The notes beneath the pieces are model-generated. The model saw nothing but the letters and a program-made list of their open reading frames with translations. It did no database searches and was not told the origin of the DNA. A program made the position numbers and the translations under genes. A stretch of 63,580 bases of DNA, the filler included, from an uncultured bacterium (GTDB taxonomy: Bacteria; Auribacterota; CAZIXI01), in the NCBI GenBank assembly GCA_964543115.1. It is 3 parts of 3 records of this genome, joined end to end, with 100 filler letters (N's around TTAATTAATTAA, not from the genome) between each part and the next. Parts side by side here need not be neighbours in the genome. Positions count along the whole stretch, not along the records: positions 1 to 22,716 come from CAZIXI010000023.1; 2 more parts are not named here. One strand, 5' to 3'. This document shows positions 9,410 through 19,505 of this stretch, in pieces (positions within the stretch are counted from its first letter, which is position 1; each line of letters begins with the position of its first letter).

Positions 9410-12400
9410 TTAGTATTTTCCGCTCACCCTCATAAACCAGCCCTTCGAATCCCAGGTATCATTGCCACGTAAATCGTCGTCGTAATCGGTGAAGTTGTAG
9501 CCCAGGCCGAGGAGTAGGTGGTCGCCCACGCTTTTGGTCAGGTCAACGAGGAAGCCGTCTTTGCTGTCTTCTATCTGTTTATTGGCCAGTACCCGGTATT
9601 CCACGCCCAGGTCCCAGCCGCGCAGGAAGAAGGGTTTATTTTTGTTGGCATTGGTGATCTGGAAATTCGTCCTGCCGAGATAGAGGTAGGTTGTGCTTTT
9701 GGTCCAATTCCGGCGCGCGCCCACTTTATCTTTCATCTGGCGGTGAGCGTATTTGCCCACCAACTGGATGTAACGGCAGAGGTCGAATACCCCTTCAATA
9801 GAGTAAACATGTTTTCTTGTTTTTGTTTCTTCGGCGAAATCCCACTGCACATCCGGCGGCAGATCGGTGAGGTAGGAGTATTTACCCAGCACGTTTAAGC
9901 GGTCCCAGCTTACCGGCCGGAAACTGAAGCCCGTTCCCAGTTCGTAGAACTCCGCTTCATTCTGTTTTCTGGTTCGATTCTCTGTCCAGCCCCAGTTACC
10001 GCGGCCGGATATAGTAAGTGATTCAGTCAGGCGCCAGAGGGCGTCGTTTTCTGTTACCCATTGACGCACCTGGCTTGTTCCCTGGTCGTTGCGGCATTCC
10101 AGTTTGGTGTAGGCCTTGATCCCTTCGGTGAAGTCCGGATGGGGATTGAGGTAGGCCAGGGCAATACTGCCGGCATCACGGTCAATAGCGTTACTGATCC
10201 TCTTAACGTGACTGCGTTCATAGGTTACTCCCAGGGCCAGGGTATCGGATATATTTTTCTTATAACCGAGGATATTGCCGCGAACAATGTTTTCCTGGTA
10301 GCTGGAATAATCCTGTTCCACATAGATCTTTTCATTAAGCCCCAGGATGGTGCTTTGGCCATAGGTGGTTTTGGTGTATTTACCCAGCCGCAGGTTATTG
10401 CCCACTTCCAGGTTGGCATAGGCATCGGTGTCTTCAGCGATGGTGCTGGTTACGCCCAGGAGGGTACTGTTACCCAGTGAACCCACGGTTTTGGCGACAT
10501 TGATTATTGTTGTTTTGCCTATCCGGATATCAGCACCCGCTGTGCCTTGATTGTCACGCCGGCCGTTAATGGTATACTGTCCGCGCAAATAGGGATGGAA
10601 CCACTTAAAAAGCTGGTAACCTACCCGCGCGGCAAGAAAATCATTATTTACCAGGGGGATGGTGCCGAAATAGGTAGTGGCCGGGAAGGGTTTGGTCACC
10701 CGCTGGTGTTGATATTCCCCGCGCAGGTCCCACCTGCCGCGCTGGTAATCGAGGATGGCGGAAGAGGTATGGATATCGCGGGCGCCCATGGTGGTGCCGA
10801 CGATTGTATGCTGATGATATCTTTGCGTAATATGACTGAGGCCGGCGGAGAGATTTTCCGTTATCCGGCTCACTGCCCGGCCGATATATTTTTGCGTGCC
10901 CTGGCTGGCGATGCTGTTACTGACGCTGTAGAAAGGGTCCTGACGGGAGTAAGAAAGATAGATATCGGTGTTATTAAACAATCTGGTCTGGCCGTCCACG
11001 CTGAGCGCGCTGCCGCTTTTACCGTTACTGTAACCGGCACCCTGCTGGCTGAAACTAAGACCGCCGTCATAGCTCATGCCGCTATCCAGCTGGGTATTGG
11101 CGGTGCGGGTATATTTAGCGGTTACCTGGGTCTCGGTATTCAGTTTTACCGTGGCATCACCGCCGGCCAGGGTATAGTTATCGCCGGGTTTTTGTTCCTC
11201 AACATAGGTAGAGCCCACCCGGAAGTAGGGGCCCAGCTGCTGGCTTACCCGGCCGCCCCAGCTCTGTTCACTCATCCCGCCGCCGTAATATTCGTAATCC
11301 ACAACCAGGTAGGCCCGTTCACCCATCAGGATATCGTTGGAAATAATACTGCTGCCGTAGGTCTGCTGAACGCTGTTCAGGGGTTTCTTCAGGAGGATAC
11401 GGCCGGAATCGTAATCGATTTCGTAATCTATCTCTTCTTTCAGATAGAGGGTGTTGAGCGTGGTTTTACTGATGCGGTCACGTACCTCCACGCGGATCTT
11501 TTCACTGCCTTCAATCACGTCCCGGTGCCGCAGATAATAGAGGCTGCCGCCGGTGCCCACAAACTCGTCATGCGCGGGTTTCTGCCGGCTGAAGGCGCCG
11601 AATCCCTTAACAATGGTATAGGGATCACCGAATTTTGTTTTCTTAACGCTGACATAATTAACCAATCCGCCGCTTAAGGTGCGGTTATAGAGGTTAAAGA
11701 GGGTATTAAAATTACCCCACTTGGCAAAAGAATTGTCCCATTCAATTAACACATAGGCCACGTCCTGGGTATCCACGCCGCTATAGTCCACGGTGGAGGC
11801 GTCACCGTAAACCGGATAATATTTATCCGGGTCCAGGTTGGTAAATAGATCCTTGTTATGATAGTGCCCGCCCTTGCGCCGTTCGCTATCAATACTGGCA
11901 GTAATCAGGTACTTACCTAAAACCTTTCCTTTCAGATACAGGGCCAGTCTCCCGTCCACCTTCACCCCATCATCATACCGGTCATCCTTATCCACCATCG
12001 CGATATTACCGCTGGTATTAAGATTACGGATCTCCCCTTCACCCAACGCTACAATAAAAAATTTACTTAGTATATCCTTGACCCCGAGCTCCGCTTGTAC
12101 TTGATCTTTGTCCCTATCTTCTTCAAGTGCTTCCGTCAATGTTACACCAAAGTTGGCCTTAGCCAACAGACCTTCTGTTACTTTAACGTAGAGCGGATTA
12201 TCTGTAGTAAAGGCGATGGCTGCCGCCTGTTTCCGAGTATCGATCTTCAGCAGGTGGTTACCCGGCGGCACATCAGCGATATGATATTTACCGTCTTCAT
12301 CAGTTTCCACCACTACGCCGTATTCGGTATAAATAGTGATATGGGGAATGCCCGCTTCGTTATTGTCCTGCACGGTATTTTCGTTTTCATCCCAGAATAC

Positions 12401-15400
12401 CTTACCGATAATCGTGCCTCTGCTGAATAAGGGATTTTCCTTTACCTCAATATCTACGCTGTCAATATTGCTGTTCCGGGCCAGGGTGGTGGATTTTCTG
12501 GTATGGGCGGCGGCCTTGTATTTACCCGGCGGCATGGCGCTGCCTACCCGCACCTGGTAACTGCGGTAGGTACTGCTATTAGCGGCCACGGTGCCCAGAG
12601 AGTAAATAACTTTGTGATTGCTAGTGGATGTGGGCTGGCCGTTAATTCCCGATCCTTCCACAAATTTAAAACCGTTAACAAGTTCGTCTGTCAGTTCCAC
12701 ATTATCAACAGACTTATACCAGTGTTTATTTTCTACCTTTATCCGGTAGGTAACAATGTCGCCGATTTCCACCCGTTCCTTATTACAAGTTTTAGTTACT
12801 ACCAGCCAGCCGTCCGGGTCCAGGGGGATATTAATGGTCATCGCGCCGCTTACCGAAAAGATATCACCGTGATCGCCGGCAACGGTACTTTCCACCATTT
12901 GTGAAGGAAAGGCATAACCGTCTTTACTTACCGCCAGGTAATAACTGCCGGGATCAACGTTAAAGGTGAAAGGATTGCTTTCGCTGAGGCCCACTTGGGC
13001 GTTGGTTTTGGAATTAAAGATAGCGGTTACCGGGCCGGAAACGGCTGTGCCGGTTGCCGCGTCATAAACAGTGCCGGTAATTGGCGGATCCACACCCTGG
13101 TATTCATAGCAGCCCAGATCATAACCGGAACCGAAGGGGCGGGGATTGCCCAGCAGGTCAGTTGTGGTAGTGACGCCGGGATCAGCGCCGTCAATAATAT
13201 TGGCGGTTGCCGCCACGTTATTCAGGCGGTAGTTGTCGGTCGCGGCATCCTTAAATCCCGGATAGCCGGCGGTGGCCGGATCCACCCAGATGTTATTTGG
13301 TTGAACGGCATTAAAAGCGTTCATTCCCGCCTGGGTGTCGGGATAGGCGACAGTCAGGTAGAGAGCAATACCGACGGTGTTGGCGTAAATGGCGCAGGTG
13401 TCCACAATTGGTGTATTGCCGATACTATCTTCGGAAATACCGTAATTAGTATTGCCATACACAATGGAGTTGGCAATATAATGGGCGTCAACCATGGGAG
13501 TGCCGGGATTTTGGAACAGGATTCCAGCACCGTCATTAGCGGCAAGGGTGCAGTATTGGGTAAGAACAGCCACCCCGGAATTGAGATGTATTCCTCCCCC
13601 GGCAGTATTGGGCACACCGGTGTTTCGTACTATCCGGCAGTTTTCGATGACCAAGGTGCCGGCAGTTGAATCGAAGCCGACATAGACCCCCGCGCCTTGT
13701 CCGGCAGCGGAGCAAGTATTTTCATAAATGTTTAATCGCTGTAGATTACTCTGTGTATTCATAGAGGTATCGCCGATGAAAAGTCCCCCGCCATTATTTA
13801 TGGCGGAATTACCGTTAAAGGTGGAATCGCTAACCTGAAGCTCACTGAAAATATTTCCCAGCCAGGCTAGGCCGCCGCCGTTATCACCGGAAGTATTGTC
13901 GAAGATTGTACAACCGCACAAGCTCAGGGAAGAATCCTCTACGTAAAGCCCGCCCCCGTCATCACCGGCCTGATTGTTGGCGATGGTGCAGTTAATTAAC
14001 CCTAAAGAGCTGTTACTCTCTGTATGAATACCGCCTGACATTATCCCAGCGCCAGTCTGGTTTCCGTTGACTGTACAATCGGTAAGGGTTACGGTAGAGC
14101 TGCTACTAATCCACATTCCGCCGCCGGGGTCCGTTGGTGCCGTATTGTTGCTGATCACGCAGTTATCAAGCGTAACCGTGGCCCCGGTCACCGCTATTGC
14201 GGACATTACCGAATTGTTAGTTAGGGTGAGGTCAGCTACTGTCACCGTGATTGTATCAAATGCTACTAACGGATTGGCGCCTGTGTCATTACCTGTGCCA
14301 TCGATAATAATCGCGGAGGCGTCGTCACCGACTCCGTCTATCCGGAAGGTTCCTGGAAGACTTATCATGGACAGGGGGAAACTTTCTCCGCCGCTTATGC
14401 TATAGGTTCCGGGAAACAGGTTAATGGTTGTGCTGACAGCGGGGTCCATATTTAAGAGGGCGTAGCTGATTGAGCGGAAGGGGGTGGTATTTGAGCCGTT
14501 GTTACTATCACTGCCGTTTACCGGGTCCACCCAGTAAAAGCTGGTGTCGTCTCCGGCGGTGATGGTTGTTGAGGATGAACCCGTATCACCTGCCGTATCC
14601 GTAACAGTAAGGGTAGCGGTATAGGTACCGACAGTGGTATAGGTATTGCTAGCGGTAACTCCGGTAGCGCTGTTGCCATCACCGAAATCCCAGTTGTAAG
14701 AGGCAATGGTGCCTGCCCGGCCGTCATTGCTGCGGCCGCTGCTGCCCGAGGCGTCGAAGTTTACGCTTAAAGGTACGGCGCCGCTGGTAGTACTGCTGGT
14801 AAAAGAAGCCGTGGGGCCGCTGGGTGTTGGTTCCGGTGCCGGCGGTTCGGGTTCCGGTGGCGGGGAAGGGGGCGTGGGGGTAGGGGTGGGGGTTTCTTCA
14901 CCCTCCCCGTCTTCAATTACTGTTTCTTCATGGTCAATGTCAGATTGATCACTGTCAGCGCCGGTTTCCTGTCCGCTTTCTTCTGATTCTTTTTCTGTTA
15001 GTGTGGAAGCTTCCGGGATATAAATAGTTGGTTTTGTTTCCGTTGTCTCCACTGTTCCTTCACTGAAAAACTGGCCCTCTTCCACCTTGGTAGCCACGGC
15101 CAGGATATCCCATTCTGTTTCGGTGTCTTCACGGTAATGGAAATAAACAAGCACCATTGAACCGGGCTGCAGCTGGCTGGCAATGAGACTAGTGTATTTT
15201 TCCGGGATGAAGCAATGTTTATTTTCCTGGTCAACGATCACCCAGCCGGTATGAGAGTCAATCCGCTCGGAAAATACGCCGGTTTGTAATCTCTCACTTT
15301 CCTGGATCCCGCGAAAATCCTCCGGGATCTCAAAGCAGAATATTTCCCCTTCAATAACGGAGAAGATTGTTTCGGTGGCGGCTATGGCCGGGGAAGAAAA

Positions 15401-15460
15401 AAAGAGATAACCAAGAGAGAATAAAAGCAGCAATAATAAGGTTTTTTTTAGCTGTGACAT
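9410..15460 (-). CDS. 2016-aa surface protein: signal peptide, acidic/Pro-rich linker, PKD, beta-helix, DUF11, SdrD-B-like domain, C-terminal outer-membrane beta-barrel
   Basis: PTPTPPSPPPEPEPP linker; PKD (VNFDASGS...YNWDFGDG...TYTATLTVTD); beta-helix; DLLGNPRPFGSGYDLGCYE; DUF11 (VTKTCNKERVEIGDIVTYRIKVEN); GKVFWDENEN...GIP; alternating beta-strands ending WFMRVSGKY. Confidence 0.85.
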   Translation of the reverse strand: MSQLKKTLLLLLLFSLGYLFFSSPAIAATETIFSVIEGEIFCFEIPEDFRGIQESERLQTGVFSERIDSHTGWVIVDQENKHCFIPEKYTSLIASQLQPGSMVLVYFHYREDTETEWDILAVATKVEEGQFFSEGTVETTETKPTIYIPEASTLTEKESEESGQETGADSDQSDIDHEETVIEDGEGEETPTPTPTPPSPPPEPEPPAPEPTPSGPTASFTSSTTSGAVPLSVNFDASGSSGRSNDGRAGTIASYNWDFGDGNSATGVTASNTYTTVGTYTATLTVTDTAGDTGSSSTTITAGDDTSFYWVDPVNGSDSNNGSNTTPFRSISYALLNMDPAVSTTINLFPGTYSISGGESFPLSMISLPGTFRIDGVGDDASAIIIDGTGNDTGANPLVAFDTITVTVADLTLTNNSVMSAIAVTGATVTLDNCVISNNTAPTDPGGGMWISSSSTVTLTDCTVNGNQTGAGIMSGGIHTESNSSLGLINCTIANNQAGDDGGGLYVEDSSLSLCGCTIFDNTSGDNGGGLAWLGNIFSELQVSDSTFNGNSAINNGGGLFIGDTSMNTQSNLQRLNIYENTCSAAGQGAGVYVGFDSTAGTLVIENCRIVRNTGVPNTAGGGIHLNSGVAVLTQYCTLAANDGAGILFQNPGTPMVDAHYIANSIVYGNTNYGISEDSIGNTPIVDTCAIYANTVGIALYLTVAYPDTQAGMNAFNAVQPNNIWVDPATAGYPGFKDAATDNYRLNNVAATANIIDGADPGVTTTTDLLGNPRPFGSGYDLGCYEYQGVDPPITGTVYDAATGTAVSGPVTAIFNSKTNAQVGLSESNPFTFNVDPGSYYLAVSKDGYAFPSQMVESTVAGDHGDIFSVSGAMTINIPLDPDGWLVVTKTCNKERVEIGDIVTYRIKVENKHWYKSVDNVELTDELVNGFKFVEGSGINGQPTSTSNHKVIYSLGTVAANSSTYRSYQVRVGSAMPPGKYKAAAHTRKSTTLARNSNIDSVDIEVKENPLFSRGTIIGKVFWDENENTVQDNNEAGIPHITIYTEYGVVVETDEDGKYHIADVPPGNHLLKIDTRKQAAAIAFTTDNPLYVKVTEGLLAKANFGVTLTEALEEDRDKDQVQAELGVKDILSKFFIVALGEGEIRNLNTSGNIAMVDKDDRYDDGVKVDGRLALYLKGKVLGKYLITASIDSERRKGGHYHNKDLFTNLDPDKYYPVYGDASTVDYSGVDTQDVAYVLIEWDNSFAKWGNFNTLFNLYNRTLSGGLVNYVSVKKTKFGDPYTIVKGFGAFSRQKPAHDEFVGTGGSLYYLRHRDVIEGSEKIRVEVRDRISKTTLNTLYLKEEIDYEIDYDSGRILLKKPLNSVQQTYGSSIISNDILMGERAYLVVDYEYYGGGMSEQSWGGRVSQQLGPYFRVGSTYVEEQKPGDNYTLAGGDATVKLNTETQVTAKYTRTANTQLDSGMSYDGGLSFSQQGAGYSNGKSGSALSVDGQTRLFNNTDIYLSYSRQDPFYSVSNSIASQGTQKYIGRAVSRITENLSAGLSHITQRYHQHTIVGTTMGARDIHTSSAILDYQRGRWDLRGEYQHQRVTKPFPATTYFGTIPLVNNDFLAARVGYQLFKWFHPYLRGQYTINGRRDNQGTAGADIRIGKTTIINVAKTVGSLGNSTLLGVTSTIAEDTDAYANLEVGNNLRLGKYTKTTYGQSTILGLNEKIYVEQDYSSYQENIVRGNILGYKKNISDTLALGVTYERSHVKRISNAIDRDAGSIALAYLNPHPDFTEGIKAYTKLECRNDQGTSQVRQWVTENDALWRLTESLTISGRGNWGWTENRTRKQNEAEFYELGTGFSFRPVSWDRLNVLGKYSYLTDLPPDVQWDFAEETKTRKHVYSIEGVFDLCRYIQLVGKYAHRQMKDKVGARRNWTKSTTYLYLGRTNFQITNANKNKPFFLRGWDLGVEYRVLANKQIEDSKDGFLVDLTKSVGDHLLLGLGYNFTDYDDDLRGNDTWDSKGWFMRVSGKY

Positions 15461-15619
15461 GGAAAGTTCCTAGTTCCTGGATATATTGATTCTTATATAA
15501 CTTATATAAGTTGCGTTTATTTTATATTATTTTAATTAAAACATCAATTAATATCTTAGCCCCTTTGCCGGCTATTATTTAGTTGTTTTTCAGGGCAGCT
15601 GTGGCATAATAGTGCTGCC

Positions 15620-16321
15620 ATGCAATTATCTATTATTGTACCAGTATTGAATGAAGAGCCTAACCTGAAGGAGTTAAGTTCCAGACTGCGCGAGGTATTA
15701 GCCGGCTATAATGGCGCGCATGAGCTGATATTTGTTGATGATGGCAGTACCGATAAATCGCGCGAGTTATTGGAAGAGATAGGAGCGGTTGATCCGCATA
15801 TAAGGCTCATTAAACTTAACCGTCATTATGGTAAATCTACCGCGCTTCAGAGTGGTTTTAAAAATGCCCGCGGTGAATATGTGGTAACTATGGATGCCGA
15901 TTTACAGGATGACCCGCTGGAGGTGCCCAATCTTATTACTAAATTAGAAGAAGGGTATGATGTGGTATCTGCCTGGCGCAATATAAGGAGGGATAGGTTG
16001 TCCAAGGTGGCCGGTTCACAGCTGTTCAATAAAGTAGTTTCTTCGATCAGCGGGATAAAAATACATGATACAAATAGCGGGTTAAAGGCCTACCGGAGGA
16101 ATGTGGTTAAAACAATAAAACTATCAGCTGGTATGTATCGTTTTATTCCGTTATTAGCGCACTTTTATGGATTTAAAATATGCGAGTTAAAAGTAAGGCA
16201 CAGGCCGCGTTATAGGGGGAAATCAAAATATGGTTTCATAAAACCATTTTCCGGCCTCTATGGTTTATGCCGGTTGGTTTTTGTGTTGAAGAAAATGCGG
16301 ACCGGTTTAAAATTCCGCTGA
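15620..16321 (+). CDS. GT2 glycosyltransferase (polyprenol-phosphate glycosyltransferase, DPM1/ArnC-like)
   Basis: SIIVPVLNEE, FVDDGSTD, VVTMDADLQDDP, DTNSGLKAY. Confidence 0.9.
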   Translation: MQLSIIVPVLNEEPNLKELSSRLREVLAGYNGAHELIFVDDGSTDKSRELLEEIGAVDPHIRLIKLNRHYGKSTALQSGFKNARGEYVVTMDADLQDDPLEVPNLITKLEEGYDVVSAWRNIRRDRLSKVAGSQLFNKVVSSISGIKIHDTNSGLKAYRRNVVKTIKLSAGMYRFIPLLAHFYGFKICELKVRHRPRYRGKSKYGFIKPFSGLYGLCRLVFVLKKMRTGLKFR

Positions 16322-17207
16322 GTAGTCCCCAGGCGTAGCCGAGATGTTGAATGATGATAAGCCCGGGGATAAGGTATAGGCAGCGCAAATCCCTGATTTT
16401 GGCTGCGGCACGGAGAGCGGTAAAAGAAAGCAATAGGGCATAAGCCAGCAGCAAAACAATAAAAAGCGGGAAGGAAAGCAGCAATAAAAGAATACCGCCC
16501 AGCAGGGCAACCAGCGGCAGTAAGTGGGTTATTTCCAGCAGTCCTGGATGTATTCTCCCGAGAATAATCCGTGACCGGCCCCGTTGATAAATTTGCCGCC
16601 AGAATTCCCTGTTAGTGGTCCGCCGCTTGTGGTAAACACCGTTGTCAGCCAGATAGGCAAGCTTGAAGCCCGCTTGTTTAATCCGGTAACTTAATTCAAT
16701 ATCCTCACCGGGAAACAATCCTTCCCGGAAATAACCGCCGGCCTTATCCAGGGCCGGTCGGGAAACCGCCATATTGAAACTGCGCGGGTAATATTTGGCC
16801 AGCCGTACGCCTTGTCCCTTGCGGATACCTCCCGTGCCCAGCAGAGAATTAAAACTATAGTCAATACAACGGGTGAGCAGCTGATCATTTTCCGTGGAGT
16901 AATCCGGGCCGCCAATAGCGCCAATCTGCGGAGAATCAAAGGCGGCGGCAACATTTTTTAGCCAGTTTGTTCCCACACGGCAATCATCATCGGTAAAGGC
17001 CAGTATTTCCCCCTGGGCCTGTTTTATTCCCTGGTTACGCCTGGCTGCTGGGCCGGATGATTCCGGATCATTATCAGAAACAACGATTACCTCTTTTTTA
17101 TCAGCCGGATAATCTGTTTGAGCCAGTGCCTCCAGGCACCGCTCTAGTAATTGCGGACGGTTCCGGGTGGGGATAATTACTGAGATTTTAGGAAGATTGT
17201 ATTCCAT
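16236..17207 (-). CDS. GT2 glycosyltransferase with C-terminal TM helices
   Basis: SVIIPTRNR, ARRNQG, AFTDDDC, GEDIELSYR, hydrophobic C-terminus. Confidence 0.9.
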   Translation of the reverse strand: MEYNLPKISVIIPTRNRPQLLERCLEALAQTDYPADKKEVIVVSDNDPESSGPAARRNQGIKQAQGEILAFTDDDCRVGTNWLKNVAAAFDSPQIGAIGGPDYSTENDQLLTRCIDYSFNSLLGTGGIRKGQGVRLAKYYPRSFNMAVSRPALDKAGGYFREGLFPGEDIELSYRIKQAGFKLAYLADNGVYHKRRTTNREFWRQIYQRGRSRIILGRIHPGLLEITHLLPLVALLGGILLLLLSFPLFIVLLLAYALLLSFTALRAAAKIRDLRCLYLIPGLIIIQHLGYAWGLLSGILNRSAFSSTQKPTGINHRGRKMVL

Positions 17208-18619
17208 AGTTTTTTAAGGAAATTTTTATCCAGGTGAAATAGTTTAAGGCCCAGTAGATATAAGAGAATCCCGCAGCAAATCTCGGAAACTAAATTGACG
17301 AATGGAGTAGTTCCGCGCCAAACCAGGCGCAGTAAAAGTATTCCGCTAACCATAATTCCTGTGCTGAGCGCGGGGGCCGTTAACCTCGTCAGGATATCCT
17401 TACTATTAATATTTAGTACCTTCTTGATAATAAAAAGATCAATAATTACCCCAATAATGCCGAAGGCCAGATGAGTAGCAGCCACGCCGGCAATTCCATA
17501 ACGGGCCGCAAAAATAAGTACAGGGACCAGGATAACTAATTTGATTAGGGCAATGACAACCAACAGGCGCACGATTCCCAGGGCGCGCATTCCTTCAAAG
17601 AATACCGCCATCAGGGAACGCAGGGCGGCATAACCGGCGAGGAAGATAAAGGGCACCACCATCAGTTGCCATTTTGCGCCGTAAAAAGTTAAGGTAAATG
17701 AACGGGCAACCAGTGCCAGGCCGCAGCCCGCCGGCACGACCAATAGCGAAATAAATTGGAATCCCTGCAAAATTCGTTCATTGAGTAAGAGGCGGTTGTT
17801 TTTCAGTTTAGCAAAAACGGGGAACATGACCTGGTGGGTAACCAGCGAGAATATTCCCAGGATGAGGAAACAACTGTTAAAGGCCAGAAGATATAGGCCC
17901 AGATTTCCCTTGCCCAGTATTCGTCCGATAACCAGATAATCAACATTCAGTGAAATGAAGCCCACTAATAGGCCCAACTGAATATAAAAGCCATAACGCA
18001 GTAGTTTTTTCGCTATCTCCTTATTGTAAGCAAGCCGTATCCGCCAGGGTGAAACCAGCCAGAGCAAACAGGTGCTCAGCAATAAGGTCAGTAGATTGCG
18101 GTTGACCAGGCTCCAGGCGCCGGCGCCCAGCCAGGCGGAAAGAACCGCCAATACTCCGGCGGCAAAACAGGCAATAATTTGTACCAGGACAAGTCGCCGG
18201 AAGTGTAATTCTTTTCGCAGCAGGCTTTCCTGGGGATTAGCTAACGCGACAAAAATAAATGAAAGGCTGAGTACCCGGAGAAAAAGTCCCGCCCGGGGAT
18301 CACAGAAGAAATGACCGACCAGCGGCGCTATTAACTGGCAAATAAAAAAAAGGACAACTCCAACCAGGAGGTTTAGTGAGAGCATTGTTCCAGCTAAGAG
18401 CCGCGGCGGAGCGTCATGATAGATAACGGCTGCCGATGTGCCCAGGTCCTTGAATAAAAGCAGGAAATTAATAACAACAATGGCAAATCCGAAGAGGCCG
18501 AAATCCGCCGGCACCAGCAGCCGGGCCAGAATAACCGTACTGATAAAATTAATTATTCTGGTAACCAGCCGCCTGAGGATAATCCAGAAGATATCATGAT
18601 AGAATTTCTTATTCTCCAT
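17177..18619 (-). CDS. wzx: polysaccharide flippase (Wzx/WzxC-like)
   Basis: VILARLLVPADFGLFG, DLGTSAAVI, NVDYLVIGRILG...GLYLLA, multiple TM segments. Confidence 0.9.
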   Translation of the reverse strand: MENKKFYHDIFWIILRRLVTRIINFISTVILARLLVPADFGLFGFAIVVINFLLLFKDLGTSAAVIYHDAPPRLLAGTMLSLNLLVGVVLFFICQLIAPLVGHFFCDPRAGLFLRVLSLSFIFVALANPQESLLRKELHFRRLVLVQIIACFAAGVLAVLSAWLGAGAWSLVNRNLLTLLLSTCLLWLVSPWRIRLAYNKEIAKKLLRYGFYIQLGLLVGFISLNVDYLVIGRILGKGNLGLYLLAFNSCFLILGIFSLVTHQVMFPVFAKLKNNRLLLNERILQGFQFISLLVVPAGCGLALVARSFTLTFYGAKWQLMVVPFIFLAGYAALRSLMAVFFEGMRALGIVRLLVVIALIKLVILVPVLIFAARYGIAGVAATHLAFGIIGVIIDLFIIKKVLNINSKDILTRLTAPALSTGIMVSGILLLRLVWRGTTPFVNLVSEICCGILLYLLGLKLFHLDKNFLKKLWNTIFLKSQ

Positions 18620-19505
18620 GAAAGAAAATCTCCTTCATTACCCCCAGGGTACAGGCATAAAGCGCTACCACTAATAGGGGCAGGCTCACGCTAAATAGGG
18701 GTAAAAGTCCCGGTGTCCAGCGGCGGACATTCCGCCAGATCCCCCGCAGCCAGAAAACAGGATAGCTGATAAGCCAGCTGAGGAAATTTTTCGGGGATTT
18801 TTCTGTTCCCAGCCGCGGATTGGTCAGCAGGCCCTGACGAAGTCCGGCGCCATAAGAGCGGCCGTGGCTGTATTGATGCCGGATGAATTCCAGCAATCCT
18901 GATGTGTTTAGATGAAAGATGCGTGATTGTGAGGCGAAGAAGACCGGTTCCCGTGCCCGCGCTAGTTTAACGTTAAACATGTTATCTTCCGCCGCCGCTA
19001 TCCCGGAAACATAAGGGCCGTATTGATCATAAATCTTCCGCCAGTAGGTAAAACCATGCGTCAGCCGTCCGGTAAAATCCTCTGCCGGCCGGCCAGGGGA
19101 GTTAGTGGTGTGTTCAATAAAAAATGTCAGCCAGCCAACCAGGCTTCCCGGGCTGGCATTGCCGATTGCTCCGGCTACCGCTACGTAGCCGTTTTGCAGA
19201 TAAGGGATTTTATTTTTGATCCAATCCGGATGGGCCAGACAATCAGAGGGAATAAAGGCAATCAGCTCACCGCCTGCCTCCCGCAGTCCGATATTCAGCG
19301 CCTCTCCGGGCAGCTTCCGTTTGGCAAAATGCCGCAATTTCGCTTGCGGAAACTTATCCCTGATAATTGCCGGAGTATTATCACGCGAGCTGTCCACAAC
19401 CAGTATTTCATACTCGACCGGAAAACTCTGCCGCCGGACCGATTCCAGGCAACGGCTGATAGTTTTCGCGGAATTATAAGAAGTAATGATAATTGATATT
19501 TTCAC
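18609..19505 (-). CDS. GT2 glycosyltransferase
   Basis: A GTG start overlapping the upstream TGA (GTGA) is preferred to the ORF-track start. SIIITSYNS, VVDSSRD, AFIPSDC, AEDNMFN. Confidence 0.85.
   Translation of the reverse strand: MKISIIITSYNSAKTISRCLESVRRQSFPVEYEILVVDSSRDNTPAIIRDKFPQAKLRHFAKRKLPGEALNIGLREAGGELIAFIPSDCLAHPDWIKNKIPYLQNGYVAVAGAIGNASPGSLVGWLTFFIEHTTNSPGRPAEDFTGRLTHGFTYWRKIYDQYGPYVSGIAAAEDNMFNVKLARAREPVFFASQSRIFHLNTSGLLEFIRHQYSHGRSYGAGLRQGLLTNPRLGTEKSPKNFLSWLISYPVFWLRGIWRNVRRWTPGLLPLFSVSLPLLVVALYACTLGVMKEIFFHGE

Noticed and set aside
10547..11677. 376-aa plus-strand ORF, and similar ones such as 12995-13669
   Set aside because: These are antisense shadows of the 2016-aa gene with no RBS or domain signal.
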